This document shows, piece by piece, positions 44,765 through 61,838 of a stretch of 64,000 nt of DNA. The notes beneath the pieces were generated by a model that was not told the origin of the DNA, made no database searches, and worked only from the letters and a program-made list of their open reading frames with translations. The translations under genes and the position numbers were made by a program. How positions within the stretch are numbered: the first letter of the stretch is position 1; the number at the start of each line of letters is the position of its first letter. This DNA is from Ylistrum balloti (taxonomy: Eukaryota). The stretch covers positions 620,001 to 684,000 of the forward strand of contig NW_026782196.1 of the NCBI RefSeq assembly GCF_031769215.1, written 5' to 3'.

Positions 44765-45632
44765 AATGACAAGGGATATCAATATGGAGGTCATCTGTGG
44801 TGGTCACTGACAGGTGATTTTGAGGTTGTTTATGATGGTCATTGACAGGTGATATTGAGGTTATTTATGGTGGTCATTGACAGGTGATATTGAGGTTATT
44901 TATGGTGGTCAGTGACATTTGATATGAAAGTTGTCTATGGTGGTCAATGACTGGTGATATGGAGGTTATTTAAGGTGGTCAGTGACTGGTGATATGGAGG
45001 TTGCATAAAGTGGTCAATAACAGGTGATATGGAGGTTGTATATGGTGGTCAGGGACAGGGGATGTGAAAATAGAGGTCATTTATGGTGGTCAGTGATGGG
45101 ATATGGAGGTTATCTATGGTGGTTAGTGACACAATATGGAGGTTATTTAAGGTGGTCAGTGACTGGTGATATGGAGGTTGTATAAAGTGGTCAATAACAG
45201 GTGATATGGAGGTGTATAAGGTGGTCAGGGACAGGGGATGTGAAAATAGAGGTCATTTATGGTGGTCAGTGACAGACAATATTAATATGGAGGTCATATT
45301 TGTTGGTTAGTGACAGGTCATTTTGAGGTCATCTAAGGTGGTCAGTGACTGAATATTGAGGTTGTCGAAGGCAGTTAGTGACAAGTGATATGAATATGGA
45401 GGTCACCTTGGTTGGTTAGTGATAGGTCATATTGAGGTCATCTATGGTGGTCAGTGATGGGATATGGAAGTTATTTATGGTGGTCAGTGACAGGTGATAT
45501 TGAGGTTATTTATGGTGGTCAGTGACAGGTGATATTGAGGTTATTTATGGTGGTCAGTGACAGGTGATATGAAAGTTGTCTATGGTGGTCAGTGACAGGT
45601 GATACGAAAGTTATCTAGGGTGGTCAGTGACA
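44765..45632. repeat. about 35-bp minisatellite with a partial higher-order block
   Basis: unit gtgacaggtgatattgaggttatttatggtggtca; a block containing agggacaggggatgtgaaaatag recurs about 178 bp apart. Confidence 0.9.
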
Positions 45633-46756
45633 ATGACCGATGCTATATATTTCCATTTCAAAAGTCTTTAAATAGTAGAGTTACATTTTGTCAAAATTGA
45701 AGCTTAATGCATTTTGTGTTAAAAATTGATTTTTGCACTCATCATGCATTGTTTGTATCTCTTACTACCAAATCCTGTTATTTTTAGGTCATTTCTATTA
45801 TACAGCATGATCGATCTTCAAAGTTTATATAAGTCACAATCAAGCTACAATTTAATGTCAAAATAACTAATCATTGATCAGAAGAAAACAACTAAGTAAT
45901 ATCATTCAACAATGAAGTATTCCAGATGTTAGGTGACTTTAACTTTAACTGCAATGTCTAGGCCACATTAGATTTAACCGCTGTCATAAATTGATTCATT
46001 AATACGCCATTTTCACTATAAAACATTCAAATAAAAATATTGAGAAGCTTCTCTGTTGTAAAATCTAGTACTGAAGGCAAAATCCAACACAAGTGTCCCT
46101 TTGTGATTGATCATTTAGTTAGTACATAATATATACAAATACAATCAATCTGGATTGATGTGGGGTGTATTAACCCATTACCTGGTTTATATCACATCTT
46201 GGTCAGATCAAACTTCATAATGCACACTGCTTGTCATTGATGACCGATCCATGTCTAATATAATGAGGTTTTCACTGTACTGTATACATGTGTACTGTGA
46301 AGGTGTGTCTGAATCATGTATATGAATGACCTATATTTACCTCAACATATACACATACCAGTAATTGTTTGAATCATACATAATCAAGCAACATGGTAAA
46401 ACTACACCGAGCACAGGAAGTATCCACAACAGTTTACACTGTAAACAGGCCATGTTTAATACTAAATAACATTTACAGTTTCTCGTCATAACGTATAGCC
46501 CCGACCTTGCTATGGCGATATATCTGGAAACCGACAGGGATACGAAAGAATCAACATATATATACACCCATTGTATTATTTTATTTGAAATGTATAAACG
46601 AATGTCAAGACAATCAAATAGCCCCCACTGGGATTCGTTAAATGTATTCTTTACCAGTAGCAAAGATGCTTGCATCTGATTTTTTTAAGGCTCTGAAAAT
46701 TGGCAATATTCATCTCCCATTCCCCTTCACCATCACGTGGATATTTCATCACCTAC

Positions 46757-46930
46757 CTTTCATTTTAGAGACCAAGCAAACCTTCCTTCACCTCTCTTTA
46801 TCCGTTATCTGAAGATGTTTGTAAATACATCATCCATTCTTCATTTATTAAGGATTTTCTCCAGAATAAAATCTACATTCATCGGTCGAAGCCATCATCC
46901 GCCATGTTGAATCTGATCTTCATTCCATAT
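46757..46930 (-). promoter_or_regulatory. probable p190 promoter / non-coding first exon
   Basis: YY1-type motif AACATGGCGG (46908-46899), local CpG enrichment, donor AAG|gtaggt at 46756; the 5' limit is approximate. Confidence 0.5.
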
Positions 46931-47922
46931 ATGGAAGTTTTTGAGTGCTGTCTAAAAGTAAGAACCAACTATCCGGAATTGCTTCGATTAATCGTAGGAC
47001 CACTTTCTGTGAACATCATGCTTTGGTAACTATTTTATATTAATTGTAGCTTTAACAAAACTACATGTAAATGTGTAAGTAAATAAATGATCAGAAAAGA
47101 GAGATAGAACCCTAAAATAAGTTTATTTTATTATATCGGTAGGGTAGACACTTTTCACAAATCCGCGATTAGACGACATTCTACATGACGGTTTATAAAA
47201 ACCTGTTCAATAGACGTTCTAGGCCTACATGAAGAAATATCTCAAACAACCTATCGACTTGTGCCAAGTAGACACTATTTATTTATTCATATATTTATTT
47301 ATTGGACTTCACGTCCGCTACTAACACCTTTCAGCAAACGAGCCTGTAAACAATTAACTGTTCCGTAGACACTACATATGACGGTTAACATAACAAACTG
47401 CACGGTAAACGCTGATGCAGAACAGCGTATACAGCAAAAACTTTACTATAAACACTCCAAAACAACATTATGTGTAACTTTGCTGTATGTTGCTCAAAAT
47501 TGTTGACCAGGAAATATTTCTGTGAAAGAAGTGGATGAGATATACTTGTAACAGTGGAAGGCACTTTACCACTTGTGCAAACAGGATATATGTATTCAAT
47601 ATTTAATAGTAAAAGAAGCCGAACAGGAAATCCCATTCCGAAAATTTGTATATGTACATATGAACATATTATCGTTCAATCACAATACATTTACTTCATT
47701 TTCACTTTGAATTCTATCACAAAATATTGACACAGTGTTCACTGTAAAGTTTATATAGAATTAACTACCTTATTCACAAAATTATACATTAAAGTTATAT
47801 TTTGTATCTTGTGTTGGAAACCTCCTGCTTAATTATAGGTTCGCTATCATACATATGTCTTAAGATGCACCATGACATTGTGGTATGAAATATTGAATCT
47901 AGCTTGGTCATTAGAAAACATT

Positions 47923-48165
47923 GGGTGGTCGGGTGGCGCAGTGGTAATGCACTCGCCTTTCACCTAGCTGACTGGGGTTCAATTCCCGAATGGACGTGAC
48001 AAGGTAGGGGGTCACCTGCCCGACCACGTGGGTTTTCTGCGGGTACTCCAGTTTCCTCCCACAATAAGACCCCTCGCGCGCTTACATCAGGGTCAACAAG
48101 AATGATTAGTATAAGTTGACGTAACTTGTTTCGCAATTGTTGTAAAATAAATAAAGTTTATATTA
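47923..48165 (+). mobile_element. tRNA-derived SINE (Glu-like head, V-domain-like core, AT-rich tail)
   Basis: A box TGGCGCAGTGG, B box GGTTCAATTCC, core gtgggttttctgcgggtactccagtttcctccca, tail aaataaataaag. Confidence 0.85.
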
Positions 48166-49084
48166 TATATTTTAGAAAACAAGAAGTCATCAAACCGTTG
48201 ATGAATGTCATCAGGTCCAAGGGCAAGGTCCTTTGGTCTAAGGTCAAGATCAAATTTCCATGTCTTTTAACTAGTAGATCTTTTGATGTAATCATAGAAC
48301 ATGGTATGTATGATATCAAATAGGACATTACATGACTTAAGTTCATAGGGATAAAGTTCAAATCAATTTTGTATGGCTTGGCTGTTCAACATCTTGTAAA
48401 GCTGTTTTGAGTCGGAGAGATTTTAACAGAATCAAATGAGAAGTCAACAGAAGTCCAGGTTATCCGATCATTGTTAAAATTTCACTTTTGTATTAATTTT
48501 ACAGATAATCATTTTTATGTCAAAAGAAAACAAGATCAAATCTGGTCATAGTTAATCAAAATCATTGGACTAATTGAAAATTTGGTATTGTTAAAGACCA
48601 AAAATTGAAAGAAAATGGTTTGAAGCTGTCTTTTGTCTTCATCACGTTGTTTGACCTTTAATCTATATACAGACATATCTATATCTCTATGAATGTTCTG
48701 TAGTGTAGTTTGTCTGCTTTGCACAGGTATGACTTCAAGGATTCTGTGAGATATGACAACCTCCATATATACATAGATGACTACATACAGTGTGACCTCT
48801 GTAAGACGTAACTCTTCTGTTGAGTAGCATTACCTCTATACATGCTGATGTTATTGTACAGATTTCATTGTCAAGGAGTAATCCACTTTATATGGGATTA
48901 GAAAATGTATGACCAATATATACAGATATACCTGTTCAGATTCTACTGTGTGTAATTACCTCTATATTCAGTTGAGACAATACAGGATCTATGTTATGAG
49001 TTTTATAATGTGGATGACCTCTCTATAAATAATCAATACTGTAGGATGACCTCCAGATACAGGGGTGACTAAAGGTATTGAAGT

Positions 49085-49830
49085 GTAGGACAATATCTCT
49101 TTACATGTTCTATAGTGTAGGATGACCTCTCTATAAACATTCTATAGTGTAGGATGAACTATCTATAAATATTTTACAGTGTAGGATGACCTCTCTATAA
49201 ATAATCTAGAGTGTAGGCTGATCTCTAAATAATCTATAGTGTAGGATGGCCTCGCTATAAATATTCTATAATGTAGGATGACCTCTCTATAAATAATCTA
49301 TAGTGTATAATGACCTCTCTATAAATAATCTATAGTTTATGATGACCTCTCTATAAATAATCTATAGTTTAGGATTATCTCTATAAATAATCTATAGTTT
49401 AGGATGACCTCTCTATAAATATTCTATATTGTAGGATTACCTCTCTATAAATAATCTATAGTGTAGGATTATCTCTCTATAAATATTCTATAGTGTAGGA
49501 TGACCTCTCTATAAATATTCTATAGTGTAGGATTACCTCTCTATAAATATTCTATGTTGTAGGATTATCTCTATAAATATTCTATAGTGTAGGATGACCT
49601 CTCTATAAATAATCTATAGTGTAGGATGACCTCTCTATAAATATTCTGTACTGTAGGATGACCTCTCTATAAATATTCTATAATGTAGGATGACCTAGCT
49701 ATAAATAATCTATAGTGTAGGATGACCTCTCTATATAAATAATCTATAGTGTAGGATGACCTCTCTCTATAAATAATCTATAGTGTAGGATGACCTCTCT
49801 CTATAAATAATCTATAGTGTAGGATGATCA
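49085..49830. repeat. 32-bp minisatellite
   Basis: unit tctatagtgtaggatgacctctctataaataa. Confidence 0.95.
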
Positions 49831-50489
49831 ATTAATACTGATGCTATGATATAGGGTAACCTCTATAGACTGGGTCTGTATTCTAGGGTGATCATTCTAT
49901 ACAGGTGTGGATATACAGGTTGAAAGCACAACATGTTTTATATTTTCTACAGTATAGGGTGACATCTATACATAAGTTCTATAATGTACGGTTGCCTCCA
50001 TGTACAGGAATGTCTCTGCAGGTTTTGAAACATAAGACAACCCCTATATTCTATAATGTAGGATGACCTTTGCAAACAAATGTGACAGTGCAAGTTTTAT
50101 ATTTCACAGTGACCTGTAGATACAAGTGTGACTGTACATGTTCTATAATGTAGGAAAGCCTCCATAAACAAATGTGACTACATGGTCTATCATGAAGGGT
50201 GATCTCTATATACAGGTTCAATAGCTCTAAGAGACCTCTTAATACAGGTTAAATTGTATATAGATTGCAGAATGTAGAATATAGAGAGGTTACTGTAGTG
50301 TAGGTTCTAATATGTATGATCTTACCTTTATATACAGGTGTAAATGGATGTTGTGGAGGGCAGGCTAACCTCTAGATATAGGTGTAATTGTACAAATTCC
50401 AAGATGACCTCTACATACAAATGTGATTGTACAGGTTTTGTAGTGTATGATGACCACATAATTTACAATACCAGTTTTGGGGTGTATGA

Positions 50490-51770
50490 TGACCTCTTCA
50501 TAAGATGACTATACAGGGTTGACAGTGAAGGGTGACCAGTTTATTGGTGTGAATACATTTTCTGTGGTCAAGGATGACCTCTATATAAGGTGACTGTACA
50601 GGGTTGACAGTGTGGGGTGACCTCTGTTTACTGGTGTGACTACATTTTCTGTTGAATTGGATGACCTCTAGATAAGGTGACTACATTGTATTGACAGTGA
50701 AGGGTGACCTGTTTAATTGGTGTGACTACATTTTCTCTGGTCTAGGATTAATTCTCTATATAAAGGTGACTGTACAGGGTTGACAGTGAAGGGTGACCGG
50801 TTTATTGGTGTGAATACATTTTCTGTGGTCTAGGATGACCTCTATATAAGGTGACTGTACAGGGTTGACAGTGTGGGGTGACCTCTGTTTACTGGTGTGA
50901 ATACATTTTCTGTGGTCTAGGATGACCTCTATATAAGGTGACTGTACAGGGTTGACAGTGTAGGGTGACCTCTGTTTACTGGTGTGACTACATTTTCTGT
51001 GGTCTAGGATGACCTCTATATAAGGTGACTGTACAGGGTTGACAGTGTAGGGTGACCTCTGTTTACTGGTGTGACTACATTTTCTGTGGTCTAGGATGAC
51101 CTCTATATAAAGGTGACTGTACAGGGTTGACAGTGTGGGGTGACCTCTGTTTACTGGTGTGAATACATTTTCTGTGGTCTAGGATGACCTCTATATAAAG
51201 GTGACTGTACAGGGTTGACAGTGTAGGGTGACCTCTGTTTACTGGTGTGAATACATTTTCTGTGGTCTAGGATGACCTCTATATAAGGTGACTGTACAGG
51301 GTTGACAGTGTAGGGTGACCTCTGTTTACTGGTGTGAATACATTTTCTGTGGTCTAGGATGACCTCTATATAAAGGTGACTGTACAGGGTTGACAGTGTG
51401 GGGTGACCTCTGTTTACTGGTGTGAATACATTTTCTGTGGTCTAGGATGACCTCTATATAAGGTGACTGTACAGGGTTGACAGTGTGGGGTGACCTCTGT
51501 TTACTGGTGTGAATACATTTTCTGTGGTCTAGGATGACCTCTATATAAGGTGACTGTACAGGGTTGACAGTGTGTGGCGACCTCTGTTTACTTGTGTGAC
51601 TACATTTTCTGTGGTCTAGGATGACCTCTATATAAGGTGACTGTACAGGGTTGACAGTGTGGGGTGACCTCTGTTCACTGGTGTGACTACATTTTCTGTG
51701 GTCTAGGATGACCTCTATGTAAAGGTGACTGTACAGGGTTGACAGTGTGGGGTGACCTGTTTACTTGTGT
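50490..51770. repeat. 87-88-bp tandem array, about 14 copies
   Basis: period 87 (50850, 50937, 51024); contains two or three sub-units related to the 32-bp unit. Confidence 0.95.
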
Positions 51771-52539
51771 AACAGTATAAATCAGTGGTGTACATTGACC
51801 TATATTTTAAGATGAGATTCTGTACAGTCTGGAGTGAGACCCCTACATACAGATGACAGTCAATGTTACTTGGTTAATACTGACATGTAAATAGAGGATA
51901 ATATTTGTTTATTTGATGAATAAACTTTTACTTCATTGAGTATGGTGGAAATGTTTACATTTCAAACAACTGTCCAGCAAAATTCTTAATATGTTGTATA
52001 AATTTCATCTATTACACTATTCCTCTCCTTTTATTGATGCCAGTTGTCCGAGTTCAATCTATTTGAATGCTCCATTATCATTATTCTGATGGATAAGTGG
52101 TTTCATATCTTAGACTCAATAAAGTTAAACACATAATAATTAAATACAGATTCGCCAAGAACCATACAAAAATGTTTCTTACCATTTTATAGGGCTGTTT
52201 TTTCACAGTCTCTACCAGAGTTGTTCTTGAAGTCTACCATAATGCACTTTTGGAGACATTGATACCATCCCACCAAACCAAAAATTAATAGCATGTAATT
52301 CAGGTCCAAGGGCAGTTTATGTATAAATCTTAAAAATACTCAATACAGTGAATCTCAAATTCAAACTTTCTGATCAAGCCCAAAATAAATAATTTTGATT
52401 AATTTCTTGGTTCCAAAATAAATAATGCATAAATAGGGTCAAAGTGCAGCCTAGATATAAAATTTATGAATGATCTATCCAGTTCCAACAAAATATAAAT
52501 GACAAAATCCAATGTTCAAACCAGTCACCAAAATGGGCA

Positions 52540-53345
52540 ATGAACTCAGTTGGGACCAAGGACAATCTATATATAAATTTGTGAATAAACCACACAATAC
52601 ATCTCATGAATTAGCAAACGGCTAAAGATTCTAGAGAGATCTTGGCAGCAATTCTTTATTCTTTATTTTTGGGAAACAGTTTGATATAATTATATGAAAA
52701 ATGGGCACAACTAGGTCCAAGGGAAACCTATGAAAGAGATGTCTTGATGTCCATTTGACTTTCAACTGTCTTTAAAAGTTGCATCTATTTCCTCCTCTGT
52801 TTTTACTTTTGATTAAATCTCAAATTTGAACATTCCTGTAAATAAATAGGAATAATAATCTTTCACAGCCAAGTCAAAGTCAGTCATCTTGTTGGCAAAT
52901 ATGTTTTTCTAATCAGTCCCAAATCAAAAGTTCTCATAGAGGGACCATAAGGAACCTATATACAAAATTTGAAAAAGATCCATCCAGTACTCCTCGAGAA
53001 AAAGTGATAACAATATGTCATCCTCAAAGTCAAAGAAGCTGTCTGTCGCTATTTTGATAACCTTCACATGAAATTTGATGAAGATTTATCTAGTAATTTT
53101 TACAAACAGATGGACTATTGACCACTGACAATGGTGGTCTGAAAATAACCATAACAAACAAAGAATTTAAGTCAAAATCCAAAATGGCTGCATATCAGCC
53201 ATTCTGATGACAACTAGGAACAAAGGACTATCTACAGATGAAACTTGTGAATGATCCGTCTAAAATTTTTTATAGATTAGCAATAATGAGAATTGTTAAA
53301 AGACTGAGAGATGGCAGACAGAACATCGACAAGACCACCATTAAA
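52540..53345 (-). mobile_element. degenerate HINE-like element(s)
   Basis: cores similar to those at 8.8-9.8 kb and 24.4-24.9 kb (gggaccaagg, atcagtcccaaa, aaaatccaaaatggctg); limits approximate. Confidence 0.4.
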
Positions 53346-55744
53346 AGATGATTTAAAATTTCATAATTTGCTTTCTCTTACCGTGAAAACATCATTGATA
53401 TTTTCACCATAGACCTTTTCTTTCACAGTGGAAAATGTAATGTTTTTGCTAAATAATGACTTTTTTTCAGTGCAGTGACTGTACAGGTTTAGGTGTTTAA
53501 TTACCCTTTATATAGTTCTGCCATAGATCTGTGCTTATATACACCAATTCTATATACCATACAGATCCTTGTCATATTTGAGACCAGTATATTTATGAAT
53601 AGACAAAAAATTAAAAACCTAAATCAAGTCTCTTAAAACTTCAAACTTGACCTAGTTTACACCAATTACCACAAACCCTTATCACTAATAGTTATCACTC
53701 TAACAACTAACACCAGAAAAATCACTGGGAAAACCTGTTTGTCATTTGTTCTCATAACTTATCATGTCCAAACAGGAAACAACCCTTGGTCGGCAAGGTG
53801 AAAACAGAGTGCTTTTCTCTAGGAAACTTCAGATTGCTAAAAAAATTATCATGAATCAAATGTATTTGTAGATATTAATTTCCTTGTCTCCTGAAACACT
53901 CAAAATATAACTGAGCTGCCAGAGTAAGCATGAAATCAGTTAAAAACGAAACAAGTCAAAAGTGGAACCAAGCCACTGCTAACAAGCACCCTCATTAATG
54001 ATGTATGATATATAACTTGTTTATTCCAAGTCTGAAGTATATTCAAGCTTCTATAGTTACAGCAGGCCATGACTTCACCGAGTCTCCAATAAGGTTGTTA
54101 TTTCTAGTCACATCTGTCCTCAAAATTATACAGCTGGATTAATCTATTTCAATGTCCGTCCAAACACTTGCCAAAGGAGATAATTTTCTGAATTTGACGT
54201 TTCTTTCTCTTCTTAGTTAATGTACAAACATCAATGAAATTGACAACAAAAAGAGAAATGTTGACATGGATTTAATGTGGATTCATGAATTATCACACAA
54301 ACAAGGAAACACAATCATCAGAATTAAAGGGCAGAGTAAGCGAAACATCAAACCAGGAAATCCTGACAGAACACAACCAGTTAGTCAGGAAAATAAGTTT
54401 TTAGGACCATTGTTCATAGTAAACCACGTATATTAAAATACTCTTAATATGGAGATTTAAAAGACTGAATATACATGGCACTTCTTATTACTAGTTTAAT
54501 GCAAAAAGAGATTCTATTAATCCTACTTTTATACATAAAAATCACGATAGAATGTTATCTTTAAAACAACCAACAAAATTAAGAAAGAAGAAAAGAGGAA
54601 ACAAAAACACTGAGGTGTGGTAGGTATAACATCCCACGACATGGACAATTTCCTCCTTTTCATGTTAACAATATTGGCAGTTAAAGCATTCTTTAAACCT
54701 GAAGGAACATACACATTTAGAGGTTTGCTCAAAGAATGATTAAAAACAGTGAATGTCACTATTATTCTATTATCTATAGCACTATCAAACTTCTGTATCT
54801 TTTCTTTGATAGATGTATCATCAGCTATGTATATGTAATGTATGGGGTTTACACTCAAGAATGAATCACATTTCAGAATTTTCAATAATTAACAAGAAAT
54901 CCATAAAGCTAAAATCTATTTGGATGCTTTCTTGCTAGTACTGGCAGTCTAATTCTTACATAGTAAAATGTTTACATTTAGCTTAACAATGTACCGGATT
55001 CAATGTTTAGATAAAACATAGAAAATGAGAAAAAAAAGCTATATACACAAATACAAATGTACAAAAAGAGACCGGAACTAGACTAGCTTCAAAGTCTTTC
55101 AAAAGAACAACTAATATGTCACAAATACATGTTGTTATTCAAATAATTAAAACCCATCCACTGAATCACAGTATGGAAATGAAATGTATGCTTATTTTTA
55201 AATTAGAAATTAGAATTCAACAGATACATGTACACGCTCAATGCCAAACGGTTGTATTGAAATGTTCCATAACACAATACTAAGCCTTCTTCAAATGTTA
55301 AATTACTTTTTTAATACATTTGCATTTTACTATACAAAATATCACCTTCAGGTAAAACAAGCTGTGCTAAAGGGACAAACATGTACAGATAAACATGTGA
55401 TCATTACACTGGCATAGATGACCTCCAGAAAAATCAGTTACATAAACAGTAACTGGCTAGCCATTTAATGCTTGCTCAGGAATAGCCAGTCTCATTACAG
55501 TATTTGCCACATAGTTTCAGAATACACATCCCTATGAGTCTTCACAAAAATCTTGTCACCAACTTGACAGTAGATTTTTGTCCTTCTCTGTTGGACCAGG
55601 GGAGATTACTCACAACAGGCTTCAGTAAAGTCCATAAATAAGATATATGATTGATGTTGAGGTGAGAGCCTACTCCGATAGTTTATATAACATCTCAGTT
55701 GCTTTTTAAATACAAGGAGACAGGACAGATTACAATCTATATAT

Positions 55745-59323
<3,579 letters not shown>

Positions 59324-59524
59324 CTGAAAATTAAGTGTTACAAAATACATCATATCAGTTAAACTGTTTTTACTGCCTTCATAACGACACATAAAATGTA
59401 AATGTGCAGTGCATTATCAAGTGTCCAGTCCAATGGTATTGATATTGATGTGAAAATTGAGTATGATGAAATAGCACATAGCAATATATAAGTCATACTT
59501 AAGTACAAATACATGTAATACTAA

Positions 59525-60225
59525 AACAAGTACTTATTGTAATGGGGACCATTACAAATGTCCCCTAACGACTCCTTCAGCAGTAAATGATCACAATAAT
59601 CAGACCTGCAGTCATGCCAAACATAGACTACACCATTTTGCTCCTATAGTGCCACCTCATACATATATACCAATTTTCACGAAAATCGGACAATATTTAA
59701 ATTTTGACCACAGCTGACCGCTCAGATGACTGATAGATGGCCGATTGAAAAATGGACTACGCCATTTTGCTCCTATAGTGCCTCCTAATACATATATACC
59801 AATTTTCACGAAAATCAGACGATATCTAAAATTTGGCCAAATTTTGACCACAGCTGACCGCTCAGATGACTGATAGATGGCCGATTGAAAAATGGACTAC
59901 GCCATTTTGCTCCTATAGTGCCATCTAGTACATATATACCAATTTTCAGGAATATCAGACAATATCTAAAATTTGGTCAAATTTTGACCACAGCTGACCA
60001 CTCAGATGAGCGATTGGAAAAAATCAAGTGGCCAGCACTCTGCCTCGCATGTATGAATATGTGTGTAAAGTTTTGTTAAATTCCATGCAATCATTTTTGA
60101 GAAATGCGTCAGAAACCTCAGTGGCGGAAGAAAGTGGAAGAAATAAGAATAATAAAAATAATAATAATGATCAGAAGAAATGGAGCAAACACACTAAGTC
60201 CCCCACTTCGTTTGGGAAACATAAT
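59525..60225. mobile_element. HINE-like element with three tandem cores (129/140 bp) in the SKP1 5'UTR intron
   Basis: cores start at 59633, 59762, 59902; (aat)n tract; terminal hairpin ccccacttcgtttggg. Confidence 0.65.
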
Positions 60226-60922
60226 CATGATAATACTAAATTGAAAAATAAATTGTAGATTTTTTCAATTTTATTGTTAAAGACAATGGATGCCACAATG
60301 TAAAATTTGAGTATTTCCAGAAATTCTATGAATCCCATCAAAATCATTTGAGTACGGGACACAGAACTGGCATGTAGATTTATCACGTGTACTTCAGTTA
60401 CATGTACATGAGGAGACCACTTTGTGAAGTATCAAAATTTGGACTATCTGCAAAGCTACAATCCATTCATCAGCAAGTATCGTGCGCTGATTTATTCTTT
60501 ATAACTTGTGAGTTACCATTTTTTAGTAAGAAATAGCATGCATATGCTCCTACCATTTCGACAGGGTTTCTACAATATCAGAACTAAAGAAATACAAATA
60601 GTGAATAAATCAGCATTGAGGACTTGTCCATTATTATTTGTGAAAATAAAGGCATTTTTTTTCTTGGCAATAACAGAAAAGTAATATAATAACAATACGT
60701 ATGTATGGAGAAATCAGTAAATTACATGTAGTCATCATCTCCAGCAGATCACTGACGTTTTCGTAATTCCTGAGCAAGCTGACAGAGGTAATAACACAAA
60801 ATCGCTATATTCTTATTATGTATCATTCCAAAGGTTTTAACCATTAGATCTTGTGATAAAATTAATCGTTTTCAGTTCAGAAACATCCAATCCAATTTGG
60901 TTGATCTTGTCAACAAAATAAT

Positions 60923-60932
60923 CCGCCATTTT
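60923..60932 (-). promoter_or_regulatory. YY1-type motif AAAATGGCGG, probable SKP1 TSS region
   Basis: Motif seen on the minus strand 1.6 kb upstream of the ATG exon, which begins at an acceptor, so an upstream UTR exon must exist. Confidence 0.45.
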
Positions 60933-61281
60933 GTTGGCAAGAGGGCACACGTTTCGTCAGAGCTTAAAGAGCATTTGGACTCTAATTCGAAAAGTGATAT
61001 GATTTCTATTGAAACACGTTTGCTAGGATATGTTATAGTTCATTAGTGTCCGTCAATTTCGATCGCAATTTCAAACAATTTTTACCTTCTATAATTTTCT
61101 TGGTAGAATCAGAGACGTATAATGGTAGAATCTACCTCTTCTCTTTTTGTGACGAATAGTACGTACACCTATCGGCGATTCAATGTTCACAACAAGATAG
61201 ATAACTCTTGCCATAATATCTGTCATCGCTTACAACGTGGTTTAGGGGCATGACGATTCGTAATGTCTATTATTAACAACG

Positions 61282-61702
61282 TTTTTATACGCCCGTCGAA
61301 AGACGGACGTATTATGGTATGGTGCTGTCCGTCCGTCCGGCGTCCGTCGTAAACTTTTATTTGTCCGGAGATCTCCTCCAACATTTTTCAGCCGATCTCT
61401 ATGAAACTTGGTATGCTTAATCACCATGATATGAAATTGTCTTTTCCTGAACGGGGTTTTGATTTGGTGATTTGAACAACAAGTGTTATGACCCTTTGTT
61501 TATTTCACTATAGAAATCTTGTCCGGAGACCTCCAACATTTTTCAGCCGATCTTTATGAAACTTGGTAGGCTTAATCACCATGATATAAAATTGTGTTTT
61601 CCTGAACGAGGTTTTGATAAGACTATTTGAATAAGAGTTATGCCCCTTTGCTGTTTTGGCTATTCACGGGCGTATTTTGTTCCGCTTTGCGGTACTCTTG
61701 TT
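61282..61702 (+). mobile_element. Helentron-type non-autonomous element (HINE-like)
   Basis: 5' tttttatacgccc + hairpin ccgtcgaaagacgg, (gtcc)n, two 158-bp cores, 3' subTIR gggcgtat, hairpin ccgctttgcgg, end cttgtt. Confidence 0.85.
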
Positions 61703-61838
61703 TTTCTTCGCTCCGCATGCTTTATAAAACTTTAAAAAAAAAATTTTATCAACTGTCATTTACAAAATCCAATTCAGATAATGATTGTATGCAGAAGACT
61801 TTTTAATGATGGCAAATACTAAGCAATATCAGAGACGT

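Noticed and set aside
47923-47995. tRNA-Glu gene
   Set aside because: A and B boxes are present but the cloverleaf stems pair poorly and it continues into a SINE core and tail.
344-51770. CRISPR-like arrays
   Set aside because: All arrays are head-to-tail tandem repeats with no unique spacers; eukaryotic context and no cas genes.
54529-54885. 118-aa ORF downstream of SKP1
   Set aside because: No recognisable homology; lies in the probable SKP1 3' UTR or flank.
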